Source of the DNA: Oscillospiraceae bacterium
Lineage (GTDB): Bacteria > Bacillota > Clostridia > Oscillospirales > CAG-272
NCBI GenBank assembly: GCA_015064155.1
Contig: SVST01000014.1
Coordinates: forward strand, 5,003 to 69,002
Length of the DNA: 64,000 nucleotides
Direction of reading: 5' to 3'
The number at the start of each line of letters is the position of its first letter. Position 1 is the stretch's first letter. The notes beneath the pieces are model-generated. The model was given only the letters and a program-made list of their open reading frames with translations, searched no databases and was not told the DNA's origin. Below, in pieces: positions 53,905 to 64,000 of this stretch. The position numbers were made by a program, and so were the translations under genes.

Positions 53905-55032
53905 TTATTTGAATTTCGGTTTGAAATATTGATACAGCGTGCAGGGAATCATGCCGTTATACAATTTTTTTGTTTTGTCGGCGCGTGAACCGTACAGCCG
54001 TTCAAATTGCGGATGCGAGGTGATGATATAAATCTGCCACGGTGAAAGCTCGGAGAATGCGCGTCCCATATCGCGGTAAAGCTCTTCTGCCTCTTTGGGA
54101 GTCATCAAGCGTTCTCCGTAAGGGGGATTGCATACCACCGTCCCGCGGCGGTCCTCTTTTTTGATGCGACGCACGTCGGCTTGAAAAATGTTGAGATGCT
54201 CCTCCACACCTGCACGAAGCGCGTTTTCATAGGTGACGTCCAAAATCGCATCGTCGATATCCGATGCATATACTTCATAGGCGGAGTCGGTGCGAATCTT
54301 GCTTTCGGCTTCCTCGCGTGCCGCGTCCCAGAGTGCTTTCGGAAGAGCCGCAAAATTCTCGCCCGCAAAGCTTCTGCCAAGCCCCGGTGCGCGATTGGAA
54401 AGGATCAATGCCGCTTCAATGGCAATCGTTCCCGAGCCGCACATGGGGTCCCAGAAGAGAACGTCTTCTTTCGGTCTTGCATTCAGTGCGAGAGCCGCCG
54501 CCAGCGTTTCGCGTAAGGGGGCGGGACCTGCCGCAGGACGGTAGCCTCGCTTGTGAAGCGGAATGCCCGAGGTATCCAGCATCAGTGTGACCGTGTCCTT
54601 GAATAGGAAGAATTCAATTTGATATTTCGCGCCGGTTTCTGCCAGCCAAGCAACACCGTAATGCTTGGATAACCGTTCAACAACCGCCTTTTTGATGATG
54701 CTTTGACAATCGGGAACCGAATAAAGCCGGCTTTTGATCGAGTGCCCCTTCACGGGGAAAGCATCGTATTTTCCAATCCAATCCTCCCAAGGGATCGACT
54801 TGACACCGTCAAACAGCTCGGTAAAGCTGTAGGCGGGAAATGATCCCAAGGCAATAAAAACGTGCTCGGCACAGCGAAGCCCGATGTTAGCTCGCGCAAT
54901 ATCGATCGGCTCGCCTTCAAACGTAATGCGACCGTCTATGGTTTCCAAACGCTTCAGACCCAAAGCATCAATTTCTTCCCCTAAGAGCTTTTCCAGTCCA
55001 AACAGACAGGTCGCAACCAATCGTAGTTTCAT
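53905..55032 (-). CDS. THUMP-domain class I SAM-dependent RNA methyltransferase (RlmL/YpsC-like)
   Basis: N-terminal THUMP-like half, DPMCGSGTIAIEA SAM motif, catalytic NPPYG. Confidence 0.85.
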   Translation of the reverse strand: MKLRLVATCLFGLEKLLGEEIDALGLKRLETIDGRITFEGEPIDIARANIGLRCAEHVFIALGSFPAYSFTELFDGVKSIPWEDWIGKYDAFPVKGHSIKSRLYSVPDCQSIIKKAVVERLSKHYGVAWLAETGAKYQIEFFLFKDTVTLMLDTSGIPLHKRGYRPAAGPAPLRETLAAALALNARPKEDVLFWDPMCGSGTIAIEAALILSNRAPGLGRSFAGENFAALPKALWDAAREEAESKIRTDSAYEVYASDIDDAILDVTYENALRAGVEEHLNIFQADVRRIKKEDRRGTVVCNPPYGERLMTPKEAEELYRDMGRAFSELSPWQIYIITSHPQFERLYGSRADKTKKLYNGMIPCTLYQYFKPKFK

Positions 55033-55193
55033 AAAAATCCTCTTTTTTGCTGTTTTTTCAGTTTATTATACTATTTCCAGAAAAAAATGTCAAGAAACTA
55101 TTGAAAAAAAGAAAAAAATATGCTATAATTCAAAATTGAATTTGATTTTATACGTATGCGAAGTACGTTATGGTACAGAAAGGATTATGAGCT

Positions 55194-56270
55194 ATGAACA
55201 AGATGAAGGTTGGCGTGATCGGCGCAACGGGTATGGTAGGTCAGCGTTTCCTGACCCTTTTGGAGGATCATCCTTATTTTGAGGTGACCACTCTTGCAGC
55301 ATCTGCGCGTTCTGCCGGAAAGACCTACGAGGAGGCGGTCGGCGAACGCTGGAAGATGAGCGTTCCGATGCCCGAGAAGTATAAGAAAATGGTGGTTTTG
55401 GATGCTGCAAAGATCGAAGAGGTAGGCAAGAACTGCGCCTTCGTTTTCTGCGCGGTCGATATGAAGAAGGACGAGATCCGCGCACTGGAGGAGGCATACG
55501 CCAAGGCAGAGATTCCGGTTGTATCCAATAACTCTGCGCACCGTTGGACCCCCGACGTTCCGATGGTGATTCCGGAAATCAACGACGCGCATCTTGAGGT
55601 GATCGAAGCGCAGAGAAAGCGTCTTGGAACCAAGCGCGGCTTTATTGCGGTTAAGCCCAACTGCTCGATTCAGTCCTACGTTCCGGCCCTCACGCCGTTG
55701 CTCAAGTACGGCATCAAGGAGGTCGTTGCAACCACGTATCAGGCAATTTCCGGTGCGGGGAAGACCTTCCGCGAGTGGCCCGAAATGATTGATAACGTCA
55801 TTCCGTACATTGGCGGCGAGGAAGAAAAGAGCGAGCAGGAGCCCTTGCGCGTTTGGGGTAAGGTGGAAAACGGCGAGATCGTCAAGGCTGACGCTCCCTT
55901 GATCACCACCCAGTGCATCCGTGTTCCCGTCACCGACGGACACACCGCAGCGGTTTTTGTGCGCTTTGAGAACAAGCCCACCAAGGAAGAGATTTTGGAT
56001 GCTTGGAAGAATTTCTCGGGGAAGCCTCAGGCACTCAAGCTGCCCCATGCTCCCGAGCAGTTTATCACCTATTTTGAGGAGGATAACCGTCCTCAGGCAA
56101 AGGTAGACCGTGACATCTACGGTGGTATGGGTGTAACCGTGGGACGCTTGCGCGAGGACAGCTTGTTTGATTACAAGTTTGTCGGTCTTTCCCATAATAC
56201 CCTGCGCGGTGCGGCAGGCGGAGCTGTTTTGATTGCCGAGCTGTTGTACAGAGAGGGCTATTTTAACTGA
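55194..56270 (+). CDS. asd: Aspartate-semialdehyde dehydrogenase
   Basis: VGVIGATGMVGQ, active-site PNCSIQ, LSHNTLRGAAG. Confidence 0.95.
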   Translation: MNKMKVGVIGATGMVGQRFLTLLEDHPYFEVTTLAASARSAGKTYEEAVGERWKMSVPMPEKYKKMVVLDAAKIEEVGKNCAFVFCAVDMKKDEIRALEEAYAKAEIPVVSNNSAHRWTPDVPMVIPEINDAHLEVIEAQRKRLGTKRGFIAVKPNCSIQSYVPALTPLLKYGIKEVVATTYQAISGAGKTFREWPEMIDNVIPYIGGEEEKSEQEPLRVWGKVENGEIVKADAPLITTQCIRVPVTDGHTAAVFVRFENKPTKEEILDAWKNFSGKPQALKLPHAPEQFITYFEEDNRPQAKVDRDIYGGMGVTVGRLREDSLFDYKFVGLSHNTLRGAAGGAVLIAELLYREGYFN

Positions 56271-56280
56271 TCAATTTGAG

Positions 56281-56317
56281 AAAAGCCGTTGCGGATATCA
56301 AACTGCAACGGCTTTTT
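56281..56317 (+). terminator. Intrinsic terminator of asd
   Basis: aaaagccgttgc-ggatatcaaact-gcaacggcttttt. Confidence 0.8.
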
Positions 56318-56438
56318 ATAACAATTTTGCATCATTTGCAAATCTCTTTTGCGGAATTGCCAACTTTTTGTCAAGTCTTGCATTTCGCTTGATTTCATGG
56401 TACAATGAAATCGGATCTGTTAAAAGGATTGGATTTTG

Positions 56439-57497
56439 ATGAAGAACTATTTGCATACGGGAGCCGTTCGCGAATTGCTCCTTTGGTATCAAGAGAATAA
56501 ACGCGATCTGCCGTGGCGGCGGACGCGTGACCCGTATCGGATCTGGATTTCCGAGATCATGCTCCAGCAAACTCGCGTGGAGGCTGTCAAGCCGTATTAC
56601 GCACGCTTTTTGGAGGTCTGTCCGAACGTAGAAACACTGGCAAGTATTCCCGAGGAACGCTTGATGAAGCTTTGGGAAGGATTGGGGTATTACAGTCGGG
56701 CAAGAAATCTCAAGCGCGCCGCGCAGACTGTGCTGGAAAAGCACGGAGGAAAAATGCCGACGACCTACGAGGAGCTTCGCGCGTTATCCGGAATCGGTGA
56801 CTATACCGCGGGCGCGATTGCTTCGATCGCGTATGGAATTCGTGTTCCCGCAATCGATGGAAACGTCTTGCGCGTTCTTGCACGGCTGCAAGGCTCACAC
56901 GAGGATATTCTGAATCCCAAGGTGAAGGCAAAATGGCGGGACGAGCTACGCGAGCTGATTCCGCCCGAGGCAGGCGACTTTACTCAGGCAATGATCGAGC
57001 TCGGTGCCACGGTTTGCGTACCGAACGGCGAGGCAAAATGCCACCTGTGTCCGCTTCGGGGGGATTGCGTTGCCGCAAGGGACGCCTTAACCGACGTGTT
57101 ACCCGTGCGTGCCGCCAAAAAGCCGCGTCGGATCGAAAAACGCACCGTCCTGATTATCCGTGACGGAACCCGTACCGCCCTTTGTAAACGCCCCTCCAAG
57201 GGCTTGCTTGCGGGCTTGTACGAGTTACCGAACGTTTTGGGACATCTTTCGGCACAAGAGATTCCCGCGTATCTGCGTACGATCGGCTTTGAAGCCTTAC
57301 ACGTAGAAGCGTTGGTGCCCTCCAAGCATATTTTCACGCACGTTGAGTGGCACATGATCGCATACGCGATTCGGATTACTCCCGATTTTGACGGGCAGTG
57401 CGGAATGGAGGGAATGCAGCTGATCGAAAACCGGGACCTGCATCAAAACTATGCCGTGCCGTCGGCTTTTTCGGCATATACCAAGTATCTTGTTTGA
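56439..57497 (+). CDS. mutY: A/G-specific adenine DNA glycosylase MutY
   Basis: LPWRRTRDPYRIWISEIMLQQT, HhH-GPD motif LSGIGDYTAGAI, [4Fe-4S] Cys cluster CxxxxxxCxxCxxxxxC, and a C-terminal NUDIX-like domain. Confidence 0.9.
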   Translation: MKNYLHTGAVRELLLWYQENKRDLPWRRTRDPYRIWISEIMLQQTRVEAVKPYYARFLEVCPNVETLASIPEERLMKLWEGLGYYSRARNLKRAAQTVLEKHGGKMPTTYEELRALSGIGDYTAGAIASIAYGIRVPAIDGNVLRVLARLQGSHEDILNPKVKAKWRDELRELIPPEAGDFTQAMIELGATVCVPNGEAKCHLCPLRGDCVAARDALTDVLPVRAAKKPRRIEKRTVLIIRDGTRTALCKRPSKGLLAGLYELPNVLGHLSAQEIPAYLRTIGFEALHVEALVPSKHIFTHVEWHMIAYAIRITPDFDGQCGMEGMQLIENRDLHQNYAVPSAFSAYTKYLV

Positions 57498-57586
57498 TTC
57501 TTGTCGAAATTTCTTGAATTTTGCGAAAAGCTGTGTTATAATGGCAACGTGAGAAAACGTCAGAAAGCATGAAAGGGTTGCATTCT

Positions 57587-58558
57587 ATGAAACACGTATT
57601 TATCATCAATCCGGCTGCAGGTAAGGAGAATTCCTACCGCGAGCTTCAAAAGTCATTGCGCGAATTGAAGAAACCGATCGACTACGAGCTGTATCAAACC
57701 AAAGCTCCCGGAGATGCAACGGCATATATTCGGGACTATTGCCGCCGTTATACCGAGCCGGTTCGCTTTTACGCATGCGGAGGTGACGGAACGCTCAACG
57801 AAACCGTAAACGGCGTGGTTGGATTTTCGCACGCGTCCTTGGGCTGCTATCCTTGCGGCTCGGGGAACGACTTTGTCAAATATTATGGCGGAAAGCGCTA
57901 CTTTCTGAACCTTGAAGAGCTGGTACAGGCTCCCGAGGAATACATCGATCTGATGCGCGTCGGCAACAAATACGCAATCAATGCCACTCACTTCGGCTTT
58001 GATTCGTGCGTTGCCAAAACCATGATGAACGTCCGCCGTAAAAAGCTGATCGGCGGTAAGAATGCTTATACCACGGGTGTGGTGGTAGGATTGGCAAAAG
58101 CAATGAAAAATCCTTGTAAGGTGTACGTGGACGGTGAACTTTTGAATCCGAAAGGAAGCATTCTTCTCTGTACCGTTGCAAACGGACAGTACGTGGGCGG
58201 CTCTTTCCGTTGCGCACCCCGTTCGATCGATAACGACGGAAAACTGGAGATTTGTCTGGTAAAGCCGGTTTCCCATATTACGTTTTTGAAGCTGATCGGA
58301 GATTACACCAAGGGATTGCATTTGGATAATCCCAAGTTTAAGAAGTATTTGGAATATCGCCGCGGAACGACCGTGCGCGTGGAGGCACCGGATGGGTTTA
58401 TCTATTCCTTCGACGGGGAGCTGGTCAATCAAAATCGCTTTACCGTAGAGGTGGTTTCGCGTGCGGTGCGCTTTGCGGTTCCAAAGAGTGCCTCCCCGTT
58501 ACCGGGGCTTTTGCACGTACCGTTCTATGAAGCAGCACAACCCGTCGGGAAGTCTTGA
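57587..58558 (+). CDS. Diacylglycerol/lipid kinase family protein (YegS/DagK-like)
   Basis: ATG at 57587. FIINPAAGK and ACGGDGTLNE motifs. Confidence 0.8.
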   Translation: MKHVFIINPAAGKENSYRELQKSLRELKKPIDYELYQTKAPGDATAYIRDYCRRYTEPVRFYACGGDGTLNETVNGVVGFSHASLGCYPCGSGNDFVKYYGGKRYFLNLEELVQAPEEYIDLMRVGNKYAINATHFGFDSCVAKTMMNVRRKKLIGGKNAYTTGVVVGLAKAMKNPCKVYVDGELLNPKGSILLCTVANGQYVGGSFRCAPRSIDNDGKLEICLVKPVSHITFLKLIGDYTKGLHLDNPKFKKYLEYRRGTTVRVEAPDGFIYSFDGELVNQNRFTVEVVSRAVRFAVPKSASPLPGLLHVPFYEAAQPVGKS

Positions 58559-59126
58559 TGCCGAAGACCGTTTCTTAAAGACTTGCCGGGCAGTCTGCGA
58601 AAAAACGGTCCACGAACAGGCGGCTTTTACGCGCGTGCTGTGCGAGATGGAGAGAACGCTTGAAAAAGGGCAGGCGAGAATACCGACGTCCGCTTCCTTA
58701 TTTTGTTCGAAAGACGAACGGATGGCGGTATATGCGGCGGTTTGTCGCCTTTTGTTGGCAATTGAACCGATGGCGGCGAGATTGCGCGAGGTCTGTTCTG
58801 AAACGGTTTCCCGAGAAGACTCTTTTATGGAGCTTTGCGAACAGCTTGTCAAGTGGGAGTCGTTCCCCGAAAGCTGTGACAAAATAACCGTGTACCGAAC
58901 GGCTTTCGAAAAAAGGTACGAGCAATATCTCAAAAGAAAGAACGGACAGCTTGCCTTTTGTCAAACGACGCTGTACGGCTTTTCCAAGGGAATGGAGCTT
59001 GCCGCCGATATGTCGGGGGACGGAGAGAGGTGCGATCCCCGTGCCGTTATTCGGCTGTGTGAGGATTTTCGCACCGCAATTAAAGAATATAAGAACCGTA
59101 ACGGTCAATTTGAAACCGAACCATAA
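58527..59126 (+). CDS. Hypothetical helical protein (start uncertain)
   Basis: Part of ORF 58461..59126. The first ATG (58527) overlaps the kinase 3' end by 32 nt. No motif recognised. Confidence 0.4.
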   Translation: MKQHNPSGSLDAEDRFLKTCRAVCEKTVHEQAAFTRVLCEMERTLEKGQARIPTSASLFCSKDERMAVYAAVCRLLLAIEPMAARLREVCSETVSREDSFMELCEQLVKWESFPESCDKITVYRTAFEKRYEQYLKRKNGQLAFCQTTLYGFSKGMELAADMSGDGERCDPRAVIRLCEDFRTAIKEYKNRNGQFETEP

Positions 59127-59146
59127 TTTATTTTTTGGAGGTAGCC

Positions 59147-60631
59147 ATGGCAACTTATTTGATGGCATTGGATCAGGGAACAACCAGTTCCAGATGTATT
59201 CTCTTTAACCAAAAGGGGGAGATCGCTTCCGAGGTGCATCGGGAATTTACGCAGATTTTTCCCAAGGACGGATGGGTGGAGCACGACCCGATTCAAATTT
59301 GGGAAAGCCAGGTGAGCGTTGCTTATGAGGCAATGCTTCGCGTCGGTGCTACCTACAAGGATATTTCCGCGATCGGTATTACCAATCAGCGCGAAACCGT
59401 TGTGGTTTGGGAAAAGGACACGGGCAAGCCGATCTGCAACGCAATCGTATGGCAGTGCCGCCGTACCGCGAGCGATTGTGATCGCCTCAAGGCAGAGGGC
59501 GTCGAGCCCGAGATTCGGGAGCGTACGGGTCTTTTGGTTGACCCCTATTTCTCGGCAACCAAGCTTGCGTGGATTTTGGATAACGTCGATGGTGCCAGAG
59601 CGCGCGCAGAGAAAGGCGAGCTGTTGTTCGGCACCGTTGACACTTGGCTGATTTACCGATTGACGGGCTGTAAGGTTCATGCAACCGACCCTTCGAACGC
59701 ATCCAGAACCATGCTGTTTAACATTCATACCATGCAGTGGGACGAGGAGCTGTTGAAGCTGTTTCGGATTCCCTCGTGCATGCTTCCCACGGTCATGCCG
59801 TCTTCGGGACTGTTCGGCTACACGGCACCGCACCTCTTCGGCGGAGAAATTCCGATCGCAGGTGTGGCAGGTGACCAGCAGGCGGCACTCTTCGGTCAGT
59901 GCTGCTTTGAAAAGGGCGACGTCAAGAACACCTATGGAACGGGCGCGTTTTTGCTGATGAATACGGGAGATACCCCCGTGACCTCGCAAAAAAGTCTGTT
60001 GACAACCGTCGGCTGGCAGATCGGAGATTCGGTCAATTACGTTTTGGAGGGCTCCGTGTTTATTTGCGGTGCCGTGATCCAGTGGCTGCGCGACGGCTTG
60101 GGACTTATGCAAAGCTCTTCCGATTCCGAGGAGCTTGCAAGACGCGTTCCCGACAGCGCAGGCGTTTACGTGGTTCCTGCGTTTGTCGGACTTGGCGCGC
60201 CTTATTGGGATGCTTACGCAAGAGGCACGATTCAGGGCTTGACCCGTGCCAGCAATAAGTATCACATTATTCGTGCCGCGATCGAGAGTATGGCGTATCA
60301 AACTGCCGACGTCCTGGCAATTATGCGTGAGGAAACCGGCATTGAGCTGACCTCTCTCCGTGTGGACGGCGGCGCATCCGCCAATAATCTTTTGTTGCAG
60401 TTCCAATCCGATATTTTGGGTCACACCTTGCATCGTCCGCGTTGTGTCGAGAACACCGCTTGGGGTGCTGCGGGACTGGCAGGACTTGCCGTTGGAATCT
60501 ATTCCGATCTGGATGAGTTCCGCCGTGCATGGAGAATCGACCGTGCCTTTGCGCCTTCGATCGGACAAGCGGAAAGAGAACGCTTGCTCGAGGGCTGGCA
60601 TCGGGCAGTGGAGAGAAGCTTGAGTAATTGA
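59147..60631 (+). CDS. glpK: Glycerol kinase
   Basis: ATG at 59147 after a [40 protein letters not shown]. Confidence 0.95.
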   Translation: MATYLMALDQGTTSSRCILFNQKGEIASEVHREFTQIFPKDGWVEHDPIQIWESQVSVAYEAMLRVGATYKDISAIGITNQRETVVVWEKDTGKPICNAIVWQCRRTASDCDRLKAEGVEPEIRERTGLLVDPYFSATKLAWILDNVDGARARAEKGELLFGTVDTWLIYRLTGCKVHATDPSNASRTMLFNIHTMQWDEELLKLFRIPSCMLPTVMPSSGLFGYTAPHLFGGEIPIAGVAGDQQAALFGQCCFEKGDVKNTYGTGAFLLMNTGDTPVTSQKSLLTTVGWQIGDSVNYVLEGSVFICGAVIQWLRDGLGLMQSSSDSEELARRVPDSAGVYVVPAFVGLGAPYWDAYARGTIQGLTRASNKYHIIRAAIESMAYQTADVLAIMREETGIELTSLRVDGGASANNLLLQFQSDILGHTLHRPRCVENTAWGAAGLAGLAVGIYSDLDEFRRAWRIDRAFAPSIGQAERERLLEGWHRAVERSLSN

Positions 60632-60735
60632 ATAAAATAAAAAGACAAAGGGAATCCTTGAGGCAAAAATATTGCGCCGAGGGTTCCCTTTTTTGAAAAA
60701 AAGACGAAAAACATCGGATTTCTTGGAAAGCACCC

Positions 60736-60764
60736 TTGACAAAAAGGCTTGATTGTGGTATAAT
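60736..60764 (+). promoter_or_regulatory. Consensus sigma-70 promoter of the pyr operon
   Basis: TTGACA, 17 nt spacer, TATAAT. Confidence 0.65.
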
Positions 60765-60778
60765 ACGGGGTAGAATTA

Positions 60779-60890
60779 AGATCTTTAAGTCGATACAGAG
60801 ATGTCGGGAAGATTTCATAATACGTGCCTGCGCGATTGGCGGAGGACTATATTTGTATGTGGAATCTTGTCGAAAGGCAGGATTTTTTGT
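60779..60890 (+). promoter_or_regulatory. Probable PyrR-responsive transcription attenuator (binding-loop hairpin plus terminator)
   Basis: The hairpin AGATCTT...ACAGAGA...AAGATTT (60779-60815) contains a CAGAGA core like the PyrR binding loop. The terminator AATCTTGTC-GAAA-GGCAGGATT plus TTTTTT lies at 60863-60888, directly upstream of pyrR. Confidence 0.55.
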
Positions 60891-60908
60891 ATTTTTGGAG
60901 GGATTCCG

Positions 60909-61457
60909 ATGAAGCCGAAAGCACAAATTATGGATGCCACGGCGGTGTCCCGCGCAATGGCGCGTATCACGCACGAGATCATCGAGCGCAATCGAGGAGT
61001 AGGCGAGATATGTCTGTTGGGCGTCAAGCGTCGAGGTGTGCCGTTGGCGGAGATGTTGGCGCAGAACATCGAACGCTTTGAGGGAGTGCGGGTTCCGGTG
61101 GGAACCTTGGATATCACCAAGCACAGGGACGACTTAACCGAAGAGGAAAAAAGCGAAACCGTGGCAGAATGTCACTTTCCGTGCGATATACGCGATAAAA
61201 CCGTGATTATCGTGGATGACGTGATGTATACGGGCAGAACGGCGCGTGCAGCACTTGAGGCAGTGTTCAGCTTTGCAAGACCGCAGGCAGTACAGCTTGC
61301 CGTGTTGGTTGACCGCGGACACAGAGAGCTTCCCATGCGTGCCGATTACGTCGGCAAGAACGTGCCAACGTCACATTCGGAAACCGTGAACGTGCGGTTG
61401 GATGAGATCGATCGCGAAACGGGTGTGTATATTTGCGATCTTGAAAAATTGATCTGA
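60909..61457 (+). CDS. pyrR: Bifunctional pyrimidine operon regulator / uracil phosphoribosyltransferase PyrR
   Basis: ATG at 60909. LLGVKRRGVPLA and the PRTase motif VIIVDDVMYTGRT. Confidence 0.9.
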   Translation: MKPKAQIMDATAVSRAMARITHEIIERNRGVGEICLLGVKRRGVPLAEMLAQNIERFEGVRVPVGTLDITKHRDDLTEEEKSETVAECHFPCDIRDKTVIIVDDVMYTGRTARAALEAVFSFARPQAVQLAVLVDRGHRELPMRADYVGKNVPTSHSETVNVRLDEIDRETGVYICDLEKLI

Positions 61458-61471
61458 AGGGAGTAGCCGAA

Positions 61472-62677
61472 ATGAAACCTACGCAACAGGTGACGATGAA
61501 AAAACAAACCGAGGTTCAGTCTTGCGCAAAGGCTTTTTTCGCGATTCACCCCGAGCTTTCCATGAATTTGGAAGAATATACCGTTTTTCCCGGCTTTTGC
61601 GACGTGCATGTGCATTTTCGCCAGCCGGGCTTTTCTTATAAGGAAACCATCGCAACCGGCTCTTACGCGGCGGCGCGGGGCGGCTATACGGCGGCTTGCA
61701 CCATGCCCAACCTGAATCCCGTGCCCGATTCCGCGGCACATTTGCAGGAGCAGATTGAGATTATCAAAAAGGATGCAGTGATCGGTGTCTATCCGTATGC
61801 ATCGATTACGGTCGGACAAAAGGGAGAAGAGCTTTCCGCACTGGAGGAAATGAGTGACTCGGCAATCGCGTTTTCGGATGACGGACGCGGTGTGCAAAGC
61901 GAGGATATGATGCGAACGGCAATGCTGCGCGCAAAGAAACTTGGGAAAATGATCGTGGCGCATTGCGAGGTCAACGACCTTTTGATGGGCGGATATATCC
62001 ATAAAGGGGAGTATGCCGAAAAGCACGGACACCGCGGCATCTGCTCCGAAAGTGAGTATTTGCAGATTGAGAGAGATCTGCGTCTTGCAAAGGAAACGGG
62101 CTGTGCCTACCACGTCTGCCATATTTCGGCAAAAGAAAGCGTAGAGGCAATCCGCCGCGCAAAGGCGGAGGGTGTGAACGTCACCTGCGAAACCGCACCG
62201 CATTATTTGGTGATGGACGACAGTGATTTAGAGGAGGACGGACGCTTTAAAATGAATCCCCCTCTGCGGTCAAAAGAAGATCGGGAAGCACTCGTACGGG
62301 GCATCGTTGACGGCACGATCGATATGATCGCTACCGACCACGCACCGCACTCCGCCGAGGAAAAATCCAAGGGACTTGAAAAAAGCGCATTCGGCATCGT
62401 GGGCTTGGAAACCGCATTGCCGCTGCTTTATACCAAGCTGGTAAAAACCGGTGTGATCTCCATGGAGCGCTTGACCGAGCTGTTGGTATGGAATCCGCGG
62501 GAACGCTTCGGTATTCCGCTTGGTGAGGAATTTTCGGTTTGGGATCTGAACGCCGAATTTACGGTAGACCCCAACGAGTTTGTCAGCATGGGGAAGGCAA
62601 CTCCGCTGACGGGCATGAAGCTTGTCGGCAGAAATCTTCTTACGGTATACAACGGAAAAGTCGTATATCGGCAGTAA
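61472..62677 (+). CDS. pyrC: Dihydroorotase
   Basis: DVHVHFRQPG (HxH metal site), MPN, ATDHAPH. Confidence 0.85.
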   Translation: MKPTQQVTMKKQTEVQSCAKAFFAIHPELSMNLEEYTVFPGFCDVHVHFRQPGFSYKETIATGSYAAARGGYTAACTMPNLNPVPDSAAHLQEQIEIIKKDAVIGVYPYASITVGQKGEELSALEEMSDSAIAFSDDGRGVQSEDMMRTAMLRAKKLGKMIVAHCEVNDLLMGGYIHKGEYAEKHGHRGICSESEYLQIERDLRLAKETGCAYHVCHISAKESVEAIRRAKAEGVNVTCETAPHYLVMDDSDLEEDGRFKMNPPLRSKEDREALVRGIVDGTIDMIATDHAPHSAEEKSKGLEKSAFGIVGLETALPLLYTKLVKTGVISMERLTELLVWNPRERFGIPLGEEFSVWDLNAEFTVDPNEFVSMGKATPLTGMKLVGRNLLTVYNGKVVYRQ

Positions 62678-62722
62678 CTTGTTTATAAAAATAAATCATA
62701 TAATTTTCGGGAGGCAAAGATT

Positions 62723-64000
62723 ATGGCAAAGAGAACAGATCTGAAAAAGATTCTGATCATCGGTTCGGGACCTATCGTCATCGGACAGGCGGCAGAATTT
62801 GACTATGCGGGAACCCAGGCGTGCCTGGCTCTGCGTGAGGAAGGCTACGAGGTTGTGCTGGTAAATTCCAACCCCGCAACCATTATGACCGATACAACGG
62901 TGGCGGACAAGGTGTATATGGAGCCGCTGACGCTGGAGTATATCGCAAAAATTTTGCGCTATGAACGTCCCGATGCCATTTTGCCCGGTATCGGCGGTCA
63001 AACCGGCTTGAATCTTGCGATGCAGTTGGAAAAGAAGGGCATTTTGAAGGAGTGCCGTGTAGAACTGCTTGGAACCAGCAGCGAGAGTATCGAACGCGCC
63101 GAGGACAGAGAACTCTTCAAGGAGCTTTGCCAGTCGATTGGCGAGCCCACCATTCCCTCCGAGATTACGTACGATCTGGAGGAAGCAAAGAAAGCAGCCG
63201 AGAGAATCGGTTATCCCGTTGTTTTGCGTCCCGCGTTTACGCTGGGCGGAACGGGTGGCGGCTTTGCTTACGACGAGGCGGAGCTGATCGAAATCGGAAG
63301 AAATGCATTCAAGCTTTCGCCCGTGCATCAGGTTCTCATTGAGAAGAGCGTAAAGGGCTATAAGGAAATCGAATTTGAGGTTATGCGCGACTCCAATGAC
63401 CATGCCATTACCATCTGCGGTATGGAAAACGTCGATCCCGTCGGTGTTCATACCGGTGACTCGATCGTAGTAGCACCCATCCTCTCCCTCAACGATCACG
63501 ACCTGAAAATGCTTAACGACAGTGCCATCAAGATCATTAAGGAGTTGAAGATCGAGGGTGGATGTAACGTACAGTTTGCACTGAATCCCGAAAGCTCCGA
63601 ATATTATCTCATTGAGGTAAACCCTCGTGTGTCGCGTTCTTCTGCACTTGCATCCAAGGCAAGCGGTTATCCGATCGCGCGCGTTACCGCAAAGATCGCT
63701 GTCGGTATGGCGCTTGAGGAGATTCCCGTAGCGGGCGGAACTGCAGCAATGGAGCCGAACCTTGATTATATCGTTGCCAAATTCCCGCGCTTCCCGTTCG
63801 ATAAGTTCACCTCCGCGCCCAACACGCTCGGTACGCAGATGAAGGCAACGGGTGAGGTTATGGGCATCGGTTCGACCCTGGACGAGTGCTTCCTGAAATC
63901 GGTTCGTTCGTTGGAAACCGGTGTTTGCCATCTCTACCACGCAAAGTTTGACTCCATGACGAGCGAGCAGCTGGTCGAGTATATCAAGATTTCAAAGGAC
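62723..64000 (+). CDS. carB: Carbamoyl-phosphate synthase large subunit (5' part, runs off the window)
   Basis: ATG at 62723 after a GGGAGG SD. The frame is open to the window end. [26 protein letters not shown] and the ATP-grasp motifs. Not in the ORF track because there is no stop codon in the window. Confidence 0.9.
   Translation, partial: MAKRTDLKKILIIGSGPIVIGQAAEFDYAGTQACLALREEGYEVVLVNSNPATIMTDTTVADKVYMEPLTLEYIAKILRYERPDAILPGIGGQTGLNLAMQLEKKGILKECRVELLGTSSESIERAEDRELFKELCQSIGEPTIPSEITYDLEEAKKAAERIGYPVVLRPAFTLGGTGGGFAYDEAELIEIGRNAFKLSPVHQVLIEKSVKGYKEIEFEVMRDSNDHAITICGMENVDPVGVHTGDSIVVAPILSLNDHDLKMLNDSAIKIIKELKIEGGCNVQFALNPESSEYYLIEVNPRVSRSSALASKASGYPIARVTAKIAVGMALEEIPVAGGTAAMEPNLDYIVAKFPRFPFDKFTSAPNTLGTQMKATGEVMGIGSTLDECFLKSVRSLETGVCHLYHAKFDSMTSEQLVEYIKISKD

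Overview
This is a 64-kb chromosomal window from a moderately GC-rich Firmicute that looks like a spore-forming member of the Clostridia. No species call is possible from sequence alone. Most of the window is housekeeping DNA in classical Firmicute gene orders: topA-trmFO; plsX-rnc-radical SAM-smc-ftsY-rdgB; yhbY-nadD-yqeK-LCP-rsfS-leuS; a SAM-I riboswitch plus metK; recD2-comFC-mreB-pepD; gdhA; recA-recX; asd, mutY, dagK, glpK; and pyrR-pyrC-carB. I call about 60 CDS, one tRNA-Arg(ACG), one SAM-I riboswitch, a probable PyrR attenuator, and several near-consensus sigma-70 promoters and intrinsic terminators. The most unusual item is a compact 7-gene operon on the minus strand at 43.3-50.4 kb. 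It encodes only a phage DNA-packaging and head module: TerS, TerL, a 577-aa unknown protein, portal, scaffold, a P22-coat-like capsid and a gp4-like adaptor. No tail, lysis, integrase, repressor or replication genes are visible. The operon sits between recX and core genes, next to a three-gene peptidoglycan-binding, SleC-like cluster. Other items worth a second look: (a) a 170-bp tandem repeat (2 copies, 5 mismatches) fused to the tRNA-Arg terminator; (b) a 391-bp nested-palindrome element between gdhA and an aroD-like gene, whose two halves keep a loop sequence but have different stems; (c) an AT-rich islet holding a multi-pass membrane protein and a lipoprotein with aromatic DYPYWTT repeats; (d) several uncharacterised sugar/cyclitol-type gene clusters. 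All functional calls come from reading the translated ORFs against remembered family motifs. No database search was run.
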